Positions 15,689 through 29,170 of a DNA stretch of 64,000 bases are shown here, in pieces; position 1 is the first letter of the stretch; the number at the start of each line of letters is the position of its first letter. The notes beneath the pieces are model-generated. The model was not told the DNA's origin, made no database searches, and saw nothing but the letters and a program-made list of their open reading frames with translations. The DNA is from Octopus vulgaris. Its lineage: Eukaryota. Made by a program: the position numbers and the translations under genes. The DNA lies in assembly GCA_951406725.2 (NCBI GenBank), contig OX597831.1, positions 64,046,001-64,110,000 of the forward strand. The letters run 5' to 3'.

Positions 15689-16047
15689 CAGTGGTTCTCA
15701 ACCATTTTTCTTTTATCTTTCTTTGTTTTTGTCTATGGACCCCTTGGATTACTAGGCTACTCTTGAGAACTCCCAAAACCATTCAATGTATAAAACCTAA
15801 TTTTTATAGACGGTTCTTTAAAAATTCGAATCTTGTTTTTCACACTGTAGTTTGTGTAAGTTGAACTACGTAGAACGTTAGAGAAAGAAACCGAGCTGTT
15901 TCTTGCAATGAATATATCTAAAGCAATATCTTTCATGGACCCTTAAATACTACTGTGGATCCCTAATTTACTATTTTACTTGCTTTGAGCCCCAAAAGTC
16001 TTACATTAACTACCAGGGGTCATATGGACCCCGTTTCAGAACCACTG
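15689..16047. mobile_element. hAT-superfamily MITE
   Basis: TIR CAGTGGTTCT...AGAACCACTG; perfect 8-bp TSD GTATAGTT (15681-15688, 16048-16055); repeated atggaccc motifs. Confidence 0.95.
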
Positions 16048-16159
16048 GTATAGTTCCTTCTATCATCAGCTAGCAGACGTTCAGGCATAACACAAACTAC
16101 ATTAACCTTAGCAGTCCTGAAAGCATTGTGAGAACAACAGACACTACCTCCTCTTATTA

Positions 16160-16636
<477 letters not shown>

Positions 16637-17242
16637 ACGGAGGGAAGGAGAGATAGATAAATGGATGGTGGGATAATGGGTACATGAACAGATAGAGATG
16701 CAGATAGAGATGCAGACAGAGAGAGAGAGAGAGATTAATGTACCTACACAAATCCATATTTGCTAGACATAAATAATTAGAATTGGTGATCTATCTAATG
16801 AATAAACATTCAACCTATCCAGTTGATTATCATTACATATCATCCATTTCAGATATTAGTCCCCTGCCTGGGACAGTGCAGATGTCACACGAACATTCTA
16901 AACGACCCCAAATGATAGACAAGGAATTTATTCACTGACACACTTCAATCACAGTTGTATCAGTTCCATACGTCTACCGCCTGTCTTCTCTATTACAACT
17001 CCAGACAACAATCAGCATCATTGTAATCACTCGAGCTGCTAGACATAGTAACCAAATCTCTCTCGCACGTTTCATTATATCGTCTTCTAAGAAGAAACCC
17101 GAAGGGTACATTGAATAACGTAGTCAAGGGTAATAAAAAAAGACTGGATGGTCACAGCTTGGCCGCATTTAATCACAGGACTACCTCATTAGAGCTGACC
17201 TGGGTTAAACAATAACAAGGACAAAGGCAACCAAAAAAAATG

Positions 17243-17418
17243 ATCCTTCTCGAGCCATGACAGGCTCATAAGGGCCGGTTTCCCCGGTTTCAGTGGCGTA
17301 GAAATTCCCCACCTGGACGGGACGCCAGTCCGTCGCAGGATTACTCATTTTTGCCAGCTGATGGAAAGGCAAAGTCGCCCTCGGCGGAATTTGAACTAGG
17401 AACGTAAAGACAGACGAG
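17243..17418 (-). mobile_element. chimeric SINE (S1 5' part joined to S3-type 3' tail)
   Basis: 17243-17361 matches the tails at 30230-30325 and 58665-58785; 17362-17418 matches S1. Confidence 0.75.
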
Positions 17419-17431
17419 CACACACACACAC

Positions 17432-17540
<109 letters not shown>

Positions 17541-17778
17541 TTGCCTATGTCCGCACATCTGACGTACGTACATACAAACATAGATGCAGTATAGCTTAGA
17601 AGTAACGATTTTAGCTTTTTAATCAAAATTTTAATATTTTTACATTTATTGATATTTTTATATGTGTTATGAATTATTACATTTACTTCTATATTTTATT
17701 TATTACTTACCACGGTATTTTATATTATTGTTTCAATAAAAGTTTTATAGTTCAATTGCATCATTCATTTACTCATAT

Positions 17779-17888
<110 letters not shown>

Positions 17889-17904
17889 TTATATATATAT
17901 ATTA

Positions 17905-18235
17905 ATCTTATCACCGTTTGAGACTGGATAATGAGGGTTCCAGACATTGCACAAAGCGAAATAAGAAAACAGTGTACAAACATAGACAATCGAATTACAC
18001 ACGTATTATAAGTAAATTGTCTGGCAACATTATTAAACGGGTACTTTCGATAAATTTCGATGAAGATACCTTTAAGTGAGCAGCTGAGGTTTATAATGAG
18101 GCGCTAAAAAATAGTGGGTTCTTTGATAATATTAGATGCGTAAAAGATTCTGGGAACATATAGCGCAAGGGTAAAAATAAGAAAAGGGACACTTTATGGT
18201 ACAATCCAGTATTCAATTGTGCAGCAAGAATTAAG
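17905..18235 (+). pseudogene. Penelope-like element RT thumb/linker relic
   Basis: Frame from 17942: RHCTKRNKKTVYKHRQSNYTRIISKLSGNIIKRVLSINFDEDTFK*AAEVYNEALKNSGF...RKGKNKKRDTLWYNPVF, matching the PLE pattern Y.KPN....Y....SNHP..IIK.....I..R.S..S.....F..AA..YN.AL..SG.....R.R.IIWFNPP. Confidence 0.85.
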
Positions 18236-18756
18236 AGAACTAGAGAATCCCTTAGTTTAAGAAATCACCGTTTTCCTCATGGGAACTATGTTAAAGTTAT
18301 TCAGCCTGTAAGAATTTCGGTTGCTGCATCAGATGTGATCATTTTGCATACTGAATGAAAAAGTATACAGCTGGCGAACAATGACCATACAGCAACAGAG
18401 TTCTTGGTTCATTAGATGGTAACTATGTGGCAAAGATATTTTAGGCGTATCTAAGAGTAAATTATCCATTGCTTCCTTCGATTTTTCCTTAAGTTGGTAG
18501 GCTCTGATTCGAAAGATATTTAGCTATTATTTTTAACAGCTATTAATGTTACCAAGTAACTTTCTCACAGGTTCGAAACCAAGAAGTTAAAGATAAATAG
18601 ATGTCTTATGACTATCTATGTAAGTATACGGGTATTTCAACAAGCTAGAATCCGCTACAGGGACCCCAGTACTCAGTGGTGGAGTTAGAAGGAGAAACGC
18701 ACTATGTCTAACGGTCAAGAATTAAGAACTTAGCTGGAACAAAATATTTCATCTGA

Positions 18757-19181
18757 TACTCTTTTACTCTTTTACTCTTTTACTTGTTTCAGTCATCTGA
18801 CTGTGGCCATGCTGGAGCACCACCTTTAGTCGAGCAAATCGTCCCCAGGACTTATCTTTGTGAGCCTAGTACTTATTATATCGGTCTCTTTTGCCGAACC
18901 GCTAAGTTACGGGGACGTAAACACACCAACATCGGTTGTCAAATAATATTCGGGGGACAAACACAGACACACAAACATATACACACACATGCATATATAT
19001 ATATATACATATATATATACGACAGGCTTCTTTCAGTTTCCGTCTACCAAATCCACTCACAAGGCTTTGGTCGTCCCGAGGCTATAGTAGAAGACACTCG
19101 CCCAAGGTGCCACGCAGTGGGACTGAACCCGAAACCATGTGGTTGATAAGCAAACTACTTACCACACAGCCACTCCTGCGC
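18757..19181 (-). mobile_element. SINE family S2 (tRNA head, internal microsatellite, (TAAAAGAG)n tail), full length
   Basis: Head ggcgcaggagtggctgtgtggtaag...ggttcagtccc; copies at 23712, 25981, 26949. Confidence 0.93.
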
Positions 19182-19626
19182 CTATACTTTAACTTTTCCA
19201 CAAATTCACTTCTTGGACTGGTATTCTATTTTATAGACTCTGAAAAGATGAAGGGAAAAGTTGACCTTGGCGGGATTTTAATTCTGACGCAATAATTTGA
19301 AACAAATATTGTCAGGTGATCTAATAGCTTTACCAGTCTTTACCTGAGGACTCGGGCAGAACAGTGCGAAGCATGTCTAAATGATGGCAACTGTTTATAA
19401 CCTGCGATTAACACTTATGTTGCAGTGTGAAGCATGTCTCTCGTCTAGGTCGCAAATTCGCATATCATTTACGATACATCTATAGAGCTCACCTTGTTGG
19501 TTGACCGACTTACCAACATGTCAAAAGTTAGGACAGACCTTAAGTTATATAGCAACCATACAATATAGTCAAGACATGAATCCAGCACAGTCTAACATTA
19601 ATCTCAATATAAATCCAACATTGTAT

Positions 19627-20008
19627 GGAAGCACTCCGTCGGTTACGACGACGAGGGTTCCGGTTGATCCGAATCAACTGAACAGCCTGCTCGTGAAATT
19701 AACGTGTAAGTGGCTGAGCACTCCACAGACATGTGCACCCTTAACGTAGTTCTTGAGGATATTCAGCGTGACACAGAGAGTGACAAGGCCGGCCCTTTGA
19801 AATACAGGTACAACAAAAACAGGAAGTAAGAGTGAGAGAAAGTTGTGGTGAAAGAGTAAAGCAGAGATCACCACCATCCCCTGCCGGAGCCTCGTGGAGC
19901 TTTAGGTGTTTTCGCTCAATAAACACTCACAACGCCCGGTCTGGGAATCGAAACCGCGATCCTATGACCGCGAGTCCGCTGCCCTAACCACTGGGCCATT
20001 GCGCCTCT
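19627..20008 (-). mobile_element. SINE family S3 (tRNA-Arg-like head)
   Basis: Head gaggcgcaatggcccagtggttagggcagcggactcgcgg...ggtttcgattccc; 10-bp TSD AACATTGTAT (19617-19626, 20009-20018). Confidence 0.93.
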
Positions 20009-20559
20009 AACATTGTATATCTAACACCCAAAGAAATTCTAATGCTATTTTTAAAACCCTACTGTTAAACTACACTCTGAAAGTAGTATTTTATAGTTAG
20101 CTTGACTGTTGATCTAGAAGTCCATGAAATCTACACACAAGTTCTAAAAGGAAATTTTCCAGTGATTTTGAATAGCTATGTTCTTCGTTTCCTAATATCT
20201 TAACATTCCTTTCATCTAGAATTTGTTAAACAGATTAACTCTTGATATTTTATTAAATTTGCTTTCACTTTGCTCATAATCTTCGGTGATAAGCTTAAAA
20301 TAGATGCAGAAGCATAAACAGAGATATGTTGCCAAATACAAGGTAAATAGTGATTATATATCGAATATCGAATCATAACATCATTCAATCAAGTTTATTT
20401 GAATCCGAAGTTGTTATCAAATGCTAACATAATCCCTTCCATTATTATAAGAATTTACTCAAAGAAACCACACTATTGAAGATAGAGATCATATTGAATT
20501 TTATGATTGGTATATTAACATTATTTTTGTCATTAATGTGGTTGCTGCTGCTATCATCA

Positions 20560-20618
<59 letters not shown>

Positions 20619-23600
20619 GCCTTTGCACAGCTTCTAACGCTGGAGATGTACTACGGTGTCAGCTGTTCACGACCAGTGAACTACGGTAACACCCCTTATT
20701 TTTCGAGCACCATCCAGAGTATTCGAGCGGTTCCAGGCAGTGCTGTTTTCTGCAAGTGCCCCACCCTTATTCCAGCTCCTATTTGTTCCATGTACTTCTC
20801 AAAATTTTTACTCATTGTTCCCGGGTCTCCGACAATTATTGATACCACTGCTACTTCTTTCCGTGACCACAACTGCTTTAACCTCCCAAGCTAACCTGTC
20901 CTATGTATCGACTTTTCTTTCTTCCATATCACATACCTTGTTGTCAGCTGGGCATGCTATATCTATGATCCACCATCGATCGCTTTCTTTCTCAATTAAG
21001 ATTATGTCTGGTTTCCTATTCTCTAGCTGAATCATAAAATCACATAGGATCTTTACATTATCATTTTCGGTGATGCCTTCGGGTTTATATTCGTATCACT
21101 TTTTTGCTGTATCAAGTCCATACTTGTTGCAAAGTGTCCAAAGGACGATCCTAGCCATATTGTCAAGGCGTCTCTTATATTCTTTCTGGCTAGTGGCGTA
21201 CATTGACTGATAATATGCAATACAGTTTCACAATTTTGTTCACAAATTCTGCACTTATCACTTTCTGATGTGTTGTCTATTCTGTATTTAGTGTAATTCG
21301 TTCTTAATTCTTGCTCTTGGGTAGCACAGATTAGAGCCTCTGTTTCCGGTTTTAAATCACTTTTAGTCATTTATAGCCATCTGATATGTTGTTTTCTTCT
21401 AATCTAATGCTGTGTTCGCATCCAATCAGTCCTCTTCCCCATCTTTTTCTTGGTACATACAGTCTGTCTGTGTCACTTTTTGGGTGGAGTGTCCCATATC
21501 TAGTCAGCAACTTCCTTGTCATTCTGACTAAGCTGTTTAGTCCGTCTGCTGTCCATGCGATTACCCCTGCTCCATATCTAAGGAGTGGAACCGCCCAGGT
21601 GTTCATAGCTTCAATTTTATTTCGTTCGTTTAATTTCCACTTAAGGATCAGTCTCAGTCTTCAATTTTTCTGTCATTTCTTTCTCTATCAGTTTATCCAT
21701 TTCCAATATCCCCAAGTACTTATACTCGTCTCTTCTATCAGTTTCATAACCTTCTCGACGGTATCTCTAGCCCGTCCATACATTTGGTGTTGCCTCTCTT
21801 CAAGACTAACACACCAGACGTTTTCCGTCCTAACTCCATTCTTTGAGTGCTGATATCAGCACTCAAAGTATACACCGTATCAACGAGGGAACTGACTTGG
21901 AATTCATCTTTACCATAAAGTTTGAGGTCATCCATGATTAACAAGTGGTTGACTTTTTGTTGGTGGCTCTTGAATATATACCCAGCTTTTGCTTTCCTCA
22001 GAATCAATGTTTGTGGTATCATACACAGTACAAAGATCAGTGGGGACAGGCAGTCCCCATTGTCCCTAAAGTTCCTCCACATGCTGTCAGTTCCGTCCTC
22101 CACTTCGCCATACTATTTCCAAGCAATCGCTCGACATTCAATGCAATAACAAATATGTTCATACATTCCATAATCTAAGAATGTGGAGTCATATCGTACG
22201 CCTTACGATAATCCATCCATGGCACGGCTAAGTACAGTTTTATCTATCGGGAGTTGATCCTTGGTACCCCTGCACTTACACTTGCAACCCTTCTTCTCAT
22301 GTGGCAGGACTCCATTTTTTCCAGATCTCCATACATTGACTCTGCGACTATTCCAGTCAGTAACTTCCACATAAGCGGCAAACAGGATATCGGCCTGTAA
22401 TTGTCTACCATATTACGTTTTCCGATGTTTTTCAAGCACAGCACTGTCCTACCCAATGTCAACCACTCTGGTGTTACTTGGTCGGCATTTAACAGGGTGT
22501 TGTGCAGCTATTCGTGCATGACATTCACCAAATCTTTTGATCCAGTAGCCTTGAGTTCCATCTGGTCCCGGGGCCTTCCAGTTGCCCTTTTTTTTTGCTG
22601 ATTTCCTTCACTCCCCTAACTGAAATGACTAGTTCTGCCTGTTTTGGACAGACTACTGTTTGTTTCAGTTCTTGCAACCATTCAGCATTCTTCTTGTGCT
22701 CCTTGTCTTCACTCCAGATGTCACTCCAAAACCTTTGACTTTCAATGTTATCTGGTATCAACTTTCCATCTGTACACTCTCCATTTATTTCTTTATAGAA
22801 TCTCTTCTGATCTACTCTGAATAAACTATTCTGCTGGTATCCCTTCATTCCTTGGTGGTATCTTACCATCTTTGGTTTCTTTGCAACGAGGCGCTGTTTC
22901 AGTTCCTCCATTACAACTCTCAGCCCCTTTCTTTCAATATCCTACATACTTCCTGTTCAGTGCCCCGAATTCTTTTCGCTTTTACACGCCCCTCTTTCTC
23001 TTTTCAGTTTAACACAGAAATGTCCTTTGAGAGCATATCTAACCCCGCTTGTATTCTTTTCCACCATGGATTTTTTTCTTTAGTCACTCCCATTATATTT
23101 TTTTATAGACATCAACACCTACATTTTCTTCTTCAACAATTCTTGTTGCCTTGATCAAATTATTTGTTCAATTTCCACCGATCAACCTTATATAATGTCG
23201 ATATCGTTCTCCTATAGCCTTTATTCTGTCGTAGATTGCCTTTTACCCATCTGTCATGTTACCATTAATTTTATTGTCTCCTCCTAGACCATCTATATGT
23301 CTCTCATCGAGCAAGCTATCACTGTTCCTTTCCTGTGGTTTATTAGAGATTTCTCCTCTGTTTTCTGCTACGAGATTACTTTTATCAGTAGGAACTGTAT
23401 TTTTATCGTTTCCTCTGCTGCTGTTTTCTAAAATTCGTCTTTTGATAGCTTCGAGCTCTACTTCTGTAAACCAACGATTTTTTCTTATTGCTTTGATGCA
23501 CTAAGTCCTGCCTCTATCTTCATTTTTATGGATGTGTTATCAAACAAGCTTTTTCATGATTCTCTTGAGGTTGGTGCATATTCTTTCACATCTTGCTTGT

Positions 23601-23690
23601 CCAGACGACATTTCACAGAGACGCTTCGATAACAAACTCTGAAAGCAGTCAGTCTTTATCCTCTGTGCAGCAGCAACGGTTTTCTGTAAA
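20619..23690 (-). mobile_element. R4/Dong-like non-LTR retrotransposon, ~3 kb, frameshifted (RT + CCHC + REL endonuclease)
   Basis: [91 protein letters not shown]; 3' end abuts (TAA)n at 20560-20618. Confidence 0.95.
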
Positions 23691-23711
23691 ATTAAATTAT
23701 ATGTTGTATGT

Positions 23712-24130
23712 AGGCGCAGGCGTGGCTGTGTGGTAAGAAGTTTGCGTACTTACCAACCATATGGTTTCGGATTTAGTCCTACTGCGTAGCACCTTAAGCA
23801 GCTGTGTTCTGCTATGGCCTCTAGCTGAACAAAGCCTTATGGGTGAATATAGTAGACGGAAACTGAAAAAAGCCCACCATATATAAATATATATGTATAT
23901 GTCTATATATGTTTGTATATCATTGTGTCTGTGTTTGTCCCCTCCCCCACCACACCGCTTAACAATGGGTGTTGGTCTGCTTATGATCCCGTAACTTAGC
24001 GGTTCGGCAAAATAGGTTCCAGGCTTTAAAAAATAAGGCATGGATTTGATTTTTTTCAACTAAAACCCTTCAGGGCGATGCACCAGCGTGGCTGCAGTGA
24101 AATAACCAAAATATGTAAAAGATAAAAGAT
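23712..24130 (+). mobile_element. SINE family S2, diverged
   Basis: Homology to 26949-27362. Confidence 0.88.
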
Positions 24131-24149
24131 TTGGAAAGTGAACTTACCA

Positions 24150-24255
24150 GGCAAGTCTTTTGATCTGAAACCGTGTGTTGAAACTAAGGCGATTCCAGCG
24201 TGGAAGACACATTCAGAAACACACAAAGACTGTTAACGTCACTTAAACGTTTGTA
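24150..24255 (-). mobile_element. diverged fragment of PLE family H2
   Basis: gcaag..ttgatctga.a.cgtgtg.tg.aac and gcgtggaag...agaaacacacaaa shared with 55460-55770 and 26434. Confidence 0.55.
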
Positions 24256-24272
24256 ATATGAAGTCAAAATTG

Positions 24273-24460
24273 AAGGCGGGCGGCAAGCTGACAGAATCAT
24301 TTGCACGCCGGGCAAAATGACTTAGAATTCCACCGAGGCCGACTTTACTTTTCATCCCCTTTTAGAGTTGATAAAATCGCTACAATTTGAGCACGAGAGT
24401 CGATGTAATCAACTTACCTTCATTCACCCGAAATATTTGCCTTGTACCAAAATTTGAAAT
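24273..24460 (+). mobile_element. SINE family S1, diverged
   Basis: Homology to S1. Confidence 0.75.
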
Positions 24461-25033
24461 TAAGGTTCTATGAAAATTTCCGTTACTCGAAATTGTAACC
24501 TTATCACTGGTTACAAAAATAAAGGTTTAAGCGAAGCCAACAGATTTTGTGTATTTTTGAATGGCTAACACGTGTTTTTTAAGCTGCACTTAATTTAAAT
24601 TAATATACGTCACTTCTTTTTAAATAGGTAAAGTATAGGCTGAAGAGGTATTTCTCAAATAGCGTTTTTAGATAAGTAAAATTGACATTTACCTGTACAC
24701 GATAGGTACAGGTAAATTTCTGTGTTAGACTGAAATGAGAAAGGGGGTGCGTAAAAGCGAAAAACAGGAAGTATGTATGATATTGCAGTGATATACAAAT
24801 ATGGTGGTGACATTGTGCACAGACGGAAATGAAGTACTATTGTGCATAAGAATAACGTATTTGAACATTCGTTCTTCCATAATATTCCAAGTTTTTGACA
24901 CACGCAGTAATGTCTGTCTGTGTTCAACATATCTTGTCGTTTGTTATACTTTGTTGTGCATTAACATGTTTTGTATTCCCTTCCTAACAAGTCTGTTACA
25001 TATACGATGGGTCCCTGTTAGCAAAATATGAGA

Positions 25034-25034
<1 letters not shown>

Positions 25035-25094
<60 letters not shown>

Positions 25095-25157
25095 GGTGGT
25101 GGTGGTGGTGGTGGTGGTGGTAGTAGTAGTGAGTGGTGGTGATGGTGGGTGGTGGTG

Positions 25158-25222
<65 letters not shown>

Positions 25223-25246
25223 TGTTGTTGTTGTTGTTGTTGTTGT
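25035..25246. repeat. compound trinucleotide repeat (GTA/GTG/GTT)n
   Basis: Seen directly. Confidence 0.97.
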
Positions 25247-25980
25247 TTTTGTAGCTGCCTGTGTCCAAATATCACCAGAAGTGACTTTGCCTTACATTTA
25301 TCCGGTAACCATAGAATAAGTCGCAGACAATTCCCGGAGTCGATTAAATCGACCACACCCTGCTGTCCAAAGATTGCGTGGTTTTGCGCCAAAATTAGAA
25401 ATCATCGTTACTTTTTCATTATTTCATTATTCATAAAGAATAGACGAGGGACATTAATATGAACCAATAAACATCTTTATAAGATAATGAACGTCTACAC
25501 TGGAAATACTCAACAAAAAACAGCGTTCGATATTGTGGGTGGAGTTTGCCATTGCTGTATTATTTTCTATCTAATCTTTAGACAAGCTGTCTCTTATTAA
25601 ACATCGACCAAGTCAAGCCTTATATTGATTTATATAGTTAGATTATCATGACAACTGATCTATGTACAAGGTATTTTCTTTCCAAGGAAGTTCAGGTTTT
25701 AGAAAACAAACATCCTTGTATGTACTGCAAAAAGTGATCGGATCATTGTTGACTGGGTAATGTACCGAGACAACAAATAAGCATCTTTGGTTTTTATCAT
25801 ATAAACGGGAGATCAGTTCCTAGAGTTAGCAAAAGTTTTCACAACTGAAAATAAATATACAGTTTAACTTAATATGACATGACAGGTAAGATAGCAATAC
25901 AATTTCGAGTATAAAGCGTATAAACCCGTGTTTTGCCTGTGGTGAGAGAATCTCTTTTTGGTTAAATAAAGTGTATAGAT

Positions 25981-26407
25981 TACTCTCTTTACACTTTTAC
26001 TCTTTTACTTGTTTCAGTCATTTGACTGCGGCCATGCTGGAGCACCGCCTTTAGTCGAGCAAATCGACCCGGGACTTATTCTTTGTCAGCCCAATACTTA
26101 TTCTATCGGTCTCTTTTGCCGAACCGCTAAGTAACAGGGACGTAAACACACCAGCATCGGTTGTCAAGCAATGCTAGGGGGACAAACACAGACACACAAA
26201 CACATACACACACACTTATATATATATATATATATGCATATATACGACGAGCTTCTTTCAGTTTCCGTCTACTAAATCCACTCACAAGGTTTTGGTCGGC
26301 CCGGGGCTATAGCAGAAGACACTTGCCCAAGATGCCACGCAGTGGGACTGAACCCGGAACCATGTGGTTGGTTAGCAAGCTACTTACCACACAGCCACTC
26401 CTGCGCC
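25981..26407 (-). mobile_element. SINE family S2, full length
   Basis: High similarity to 18757-19181. Confidence 0.94.
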
Positions 26408-26432
26408 TTTATATTACGTTTATATATTTGTT

Positions 26433-26800
26433 TTGCAAGATTCTTGATATGAAATCGTGTGTTGAAACAGATATTGTTGTATTTGGGAATGGTCATGTTG
26501 CCAGTTTAGCCAATAAAAACACACGCTCTATATATTTGGTTTTAATTTGCTTCAGCTTTATTTATTTTTTACATTAATCTTAATCTTATTTCGGCCAGCG
26601 TTCTTTCGTCACACTCCAGTGACCCCATCAGTGGTCCTTTGCTATCTTTTTTCTTATTTGTGTGTCTCTCCTTACTAACGATCAGCCAGAAAATATATAA
26701 ATATATAAATAAAGCTGAAGCAAATTAACACCAAATACATAGTGCGCGTGTCTTTATTGGCTAAACTGGCAACATGGCCATTCCTAAATACAACAACATA
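26433..26800. mobile_element. fold-back PLE-derived element (family H2a) with HHR
   Basis: ~90-bp inverted arms 26473-26565 / 26705-26798; related copy at 53092-53308. Confidence 0.8.
26593..26637 (-). ncRNA. type I hammerhead motif, slightly decayed
   Basis: GGACCA-CTGATGG-G-GTCAC(TGGAGT)GTGAC-GAAA-GAACGC-TGGCC; A9 and the cleavage triplet are altered. Confidence 0.65.
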
Positions 26801-26948
26801 GTGTATTGATAGTTCTATAAGAAATATCACAAAGGTGATTTCATATCTTTGTATTTTTGATATTGTGATGTTAACAGTTCTGATAACGTTGTTGACAAGT
26901 TACATAATCCACTGGAACGTGGGTGTCTGAAAAGTTCGAATTTATACA

Positions 26949-27362
26949 GGCTGTGTAGTAAGTAGCTTGCTTACCAACCACATGGTCCCGGGTTCAGTCC
27001 CACTGCGTGGCACCTTGGGCAAGTGTCTTCTACTATAGCCTCGGGCCGACCAAAGCCTTGTGAGTGGATTTGGTAGACGGAAACTGAAAGAATCCCGTCG
27101 TAAATAATGTGTATATATATATATATATGTATGTGTGAGTTTATGTTTGTGTGTCTGTGTTTATCACCCCTCCCAACATCGCTTGACAACCGATGGTGAT
27201 GTGTTTGCGTCCCCGTAACTTAGCGGTTCGGCAAAAGAGACCAATAGAATAAGTACTAGGCTTACAAAGAATAAGTCCTGGGGGTCGATTTGCTCGACTA
27301 AAGGCGGTGCTCCAGCATGGCCGCAGTCAGGTGACTAAGACAAGTAAAAGGGTAAAAGAGTA
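26949..27362 (+). mobile_element. SINE family S2
   Basis: Reverse complement of 25981-26400. Confidence 0.94.
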
Positions 27363-28154
27363 AGTTTGTTTAGCAAAGCTAATTCCTCTCCAAAACAGAA
27401 ATGTTGGATTCAGCTCAGTAAAGCAATGAAATATTTATGCCAATTATGCAGTGGTTATCCTGCTTGCAACGGTGAGATGGGTTTTCGTACAATACCTGTT
27501 TATTGTTAGGTTTCTATTTAACTATTGAGAATTGAGTGACTTTGTTTGTCCATGGATTATATATAGTACTATTTATATAATATAAATAATCGAACATTCA
27601 CTTGGTAGCATATTACGACACTCATTTCACAGGTAACGTTATCCTTAATAATAGATTTGTTAGACTATTTCTTCACAATAGAATAAGTGAAATGTTGTTC
27701 CACGACAATATATGATACATAATTCAACAGTAAGACTGGTATAACATTAGCTACAAGAGACAACGTTCAGCAGCCTGACAAATTATAGACTTGAATTTAA
27801 ATTATTTAATCCCGCTGTGAAAAAATGAGGTAAAAAAACACCAAATCTATCGCCAAAAAAACGTCTATTTTGAAATCTCGTTAATTCCAGGGTAGTGAAA
27901 ATTTTTTTTTTTTTTTCATATTTGTGTTCGTCTTTTGTTTGTTTTGTCTCTTCTTTTCAGCAGGACTTGCTGTAAGATTAAGACCGGTCCTTCATGACCT
28001 GGTTATGGGTTCAATTTCACTACAGAATACCTACAATAATTACTTTCTATTATAGCCTTAAAGTTGATCGACGCTGTGTGAGTGAAATTTGATCAGCTGA
28101 AACGTCGTATATATAGCATACACATGCGTGCGTGTATGTATATATATATATATA

Positions 28155-28380
28155 TAGTTGGAATTTATAGAAAAGCAAAAAAACGAAGATAGGTGTATGA
28201 ACAACAAGCAAGCGTATTAGTTTCACGCTCGAGAAAAATGAAGAAGTCTTTTGCGTTTCAACCCTATGCTCTTCAACATACATACATAGATACATATATA
28301 CTTACATGGAAGAGGAAACAGAGAGAGGGAGAAGGAAAGAGAGAGAAAAACACAGAGAGAAAGACACTTTTGGGCGCGGG
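28155..28380 (-). mobile_element. diverged relative of PLE family H1 with a broken HHR
   Basis: gtattagtttcacgctc..gaaa...gcgtttcaaccctatgctcttcaac parallels 51889-51960. Confidence 0.5.
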
Positions 28381-28845
28381 AAGAAGCCACGGCTCATGGA
28401 TTGTTCTCATACCAGAGGGCTGGTTTGAATGCTTGCAAGCCGAGCGAACTCATTTCATTTGATAGATACAAGTAACCGAAATCCCCCAATTTTCTTCCGT
28501 ATTGTCAGCATATCTATTATGTCATCACTTTTAGAACAGCCGAAAATGTTTTAAAATTCTAGCAATTCAACTGAAATGGATATTACAAAAATATAAAGTC
28601 CGGTGTTTTAAAAGGCGGTAGGGAAATTGCTGATATTTATGCCATTCTCAACATCATTTACAGCGTGAAACAAACTTGAAAATCATACTTGAAAATCGAA
28701 ACTGAGTGGCAGATTCGATTTGATGGACAAACGAAATTAGGATTTTCAGTATGGTTACCACATGTTATACGAAAATCAATATACTAACATTACTTTTGAT
28801 GTAAAATGTTTAATACTGTTAAGGATATTATTACACTAGTATCAA

Positions 28846-28898
28846 TGTTGTTGTTGTTATTATTATTATTACTATTATTACTATTATTATTATTATCA

Positions 28899-28959
<61 letters not shown>

Positions 28960-29022
28960 CATCATCATCATCATTATTATTATTATTACTATTACTATTA
29001 TTATTATTATTATTATTATTAT

Positions 29023-29087
<65 letters not shown>

Positions 29088-29170
29088 CCATTATCGTCAT
29101 CATCGCCATTATTATTAATAGTATTCTTATCATTATCAACTTCACCATTATTTCTACTGTTGTTGTTGTT
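28846..29170. repeat. compound (TTA/TCA/GTA/TTG)n repeat
   Basis: Seen directly. Confidence 0.96.

Noticed and set aside
19930-20008. tRNA-like sequences (also 44360, 30460, 23712, 58546)
   Set aside because: They are SINE heads continuing into SINE bodies, several with TSDs, and lack a proper acceptor stem
25680-25892. Strong donor CAG/GTAAGA at 25886 as the end of a coding exon
   Set aside because: Stops in all upstream frames and no supporting context
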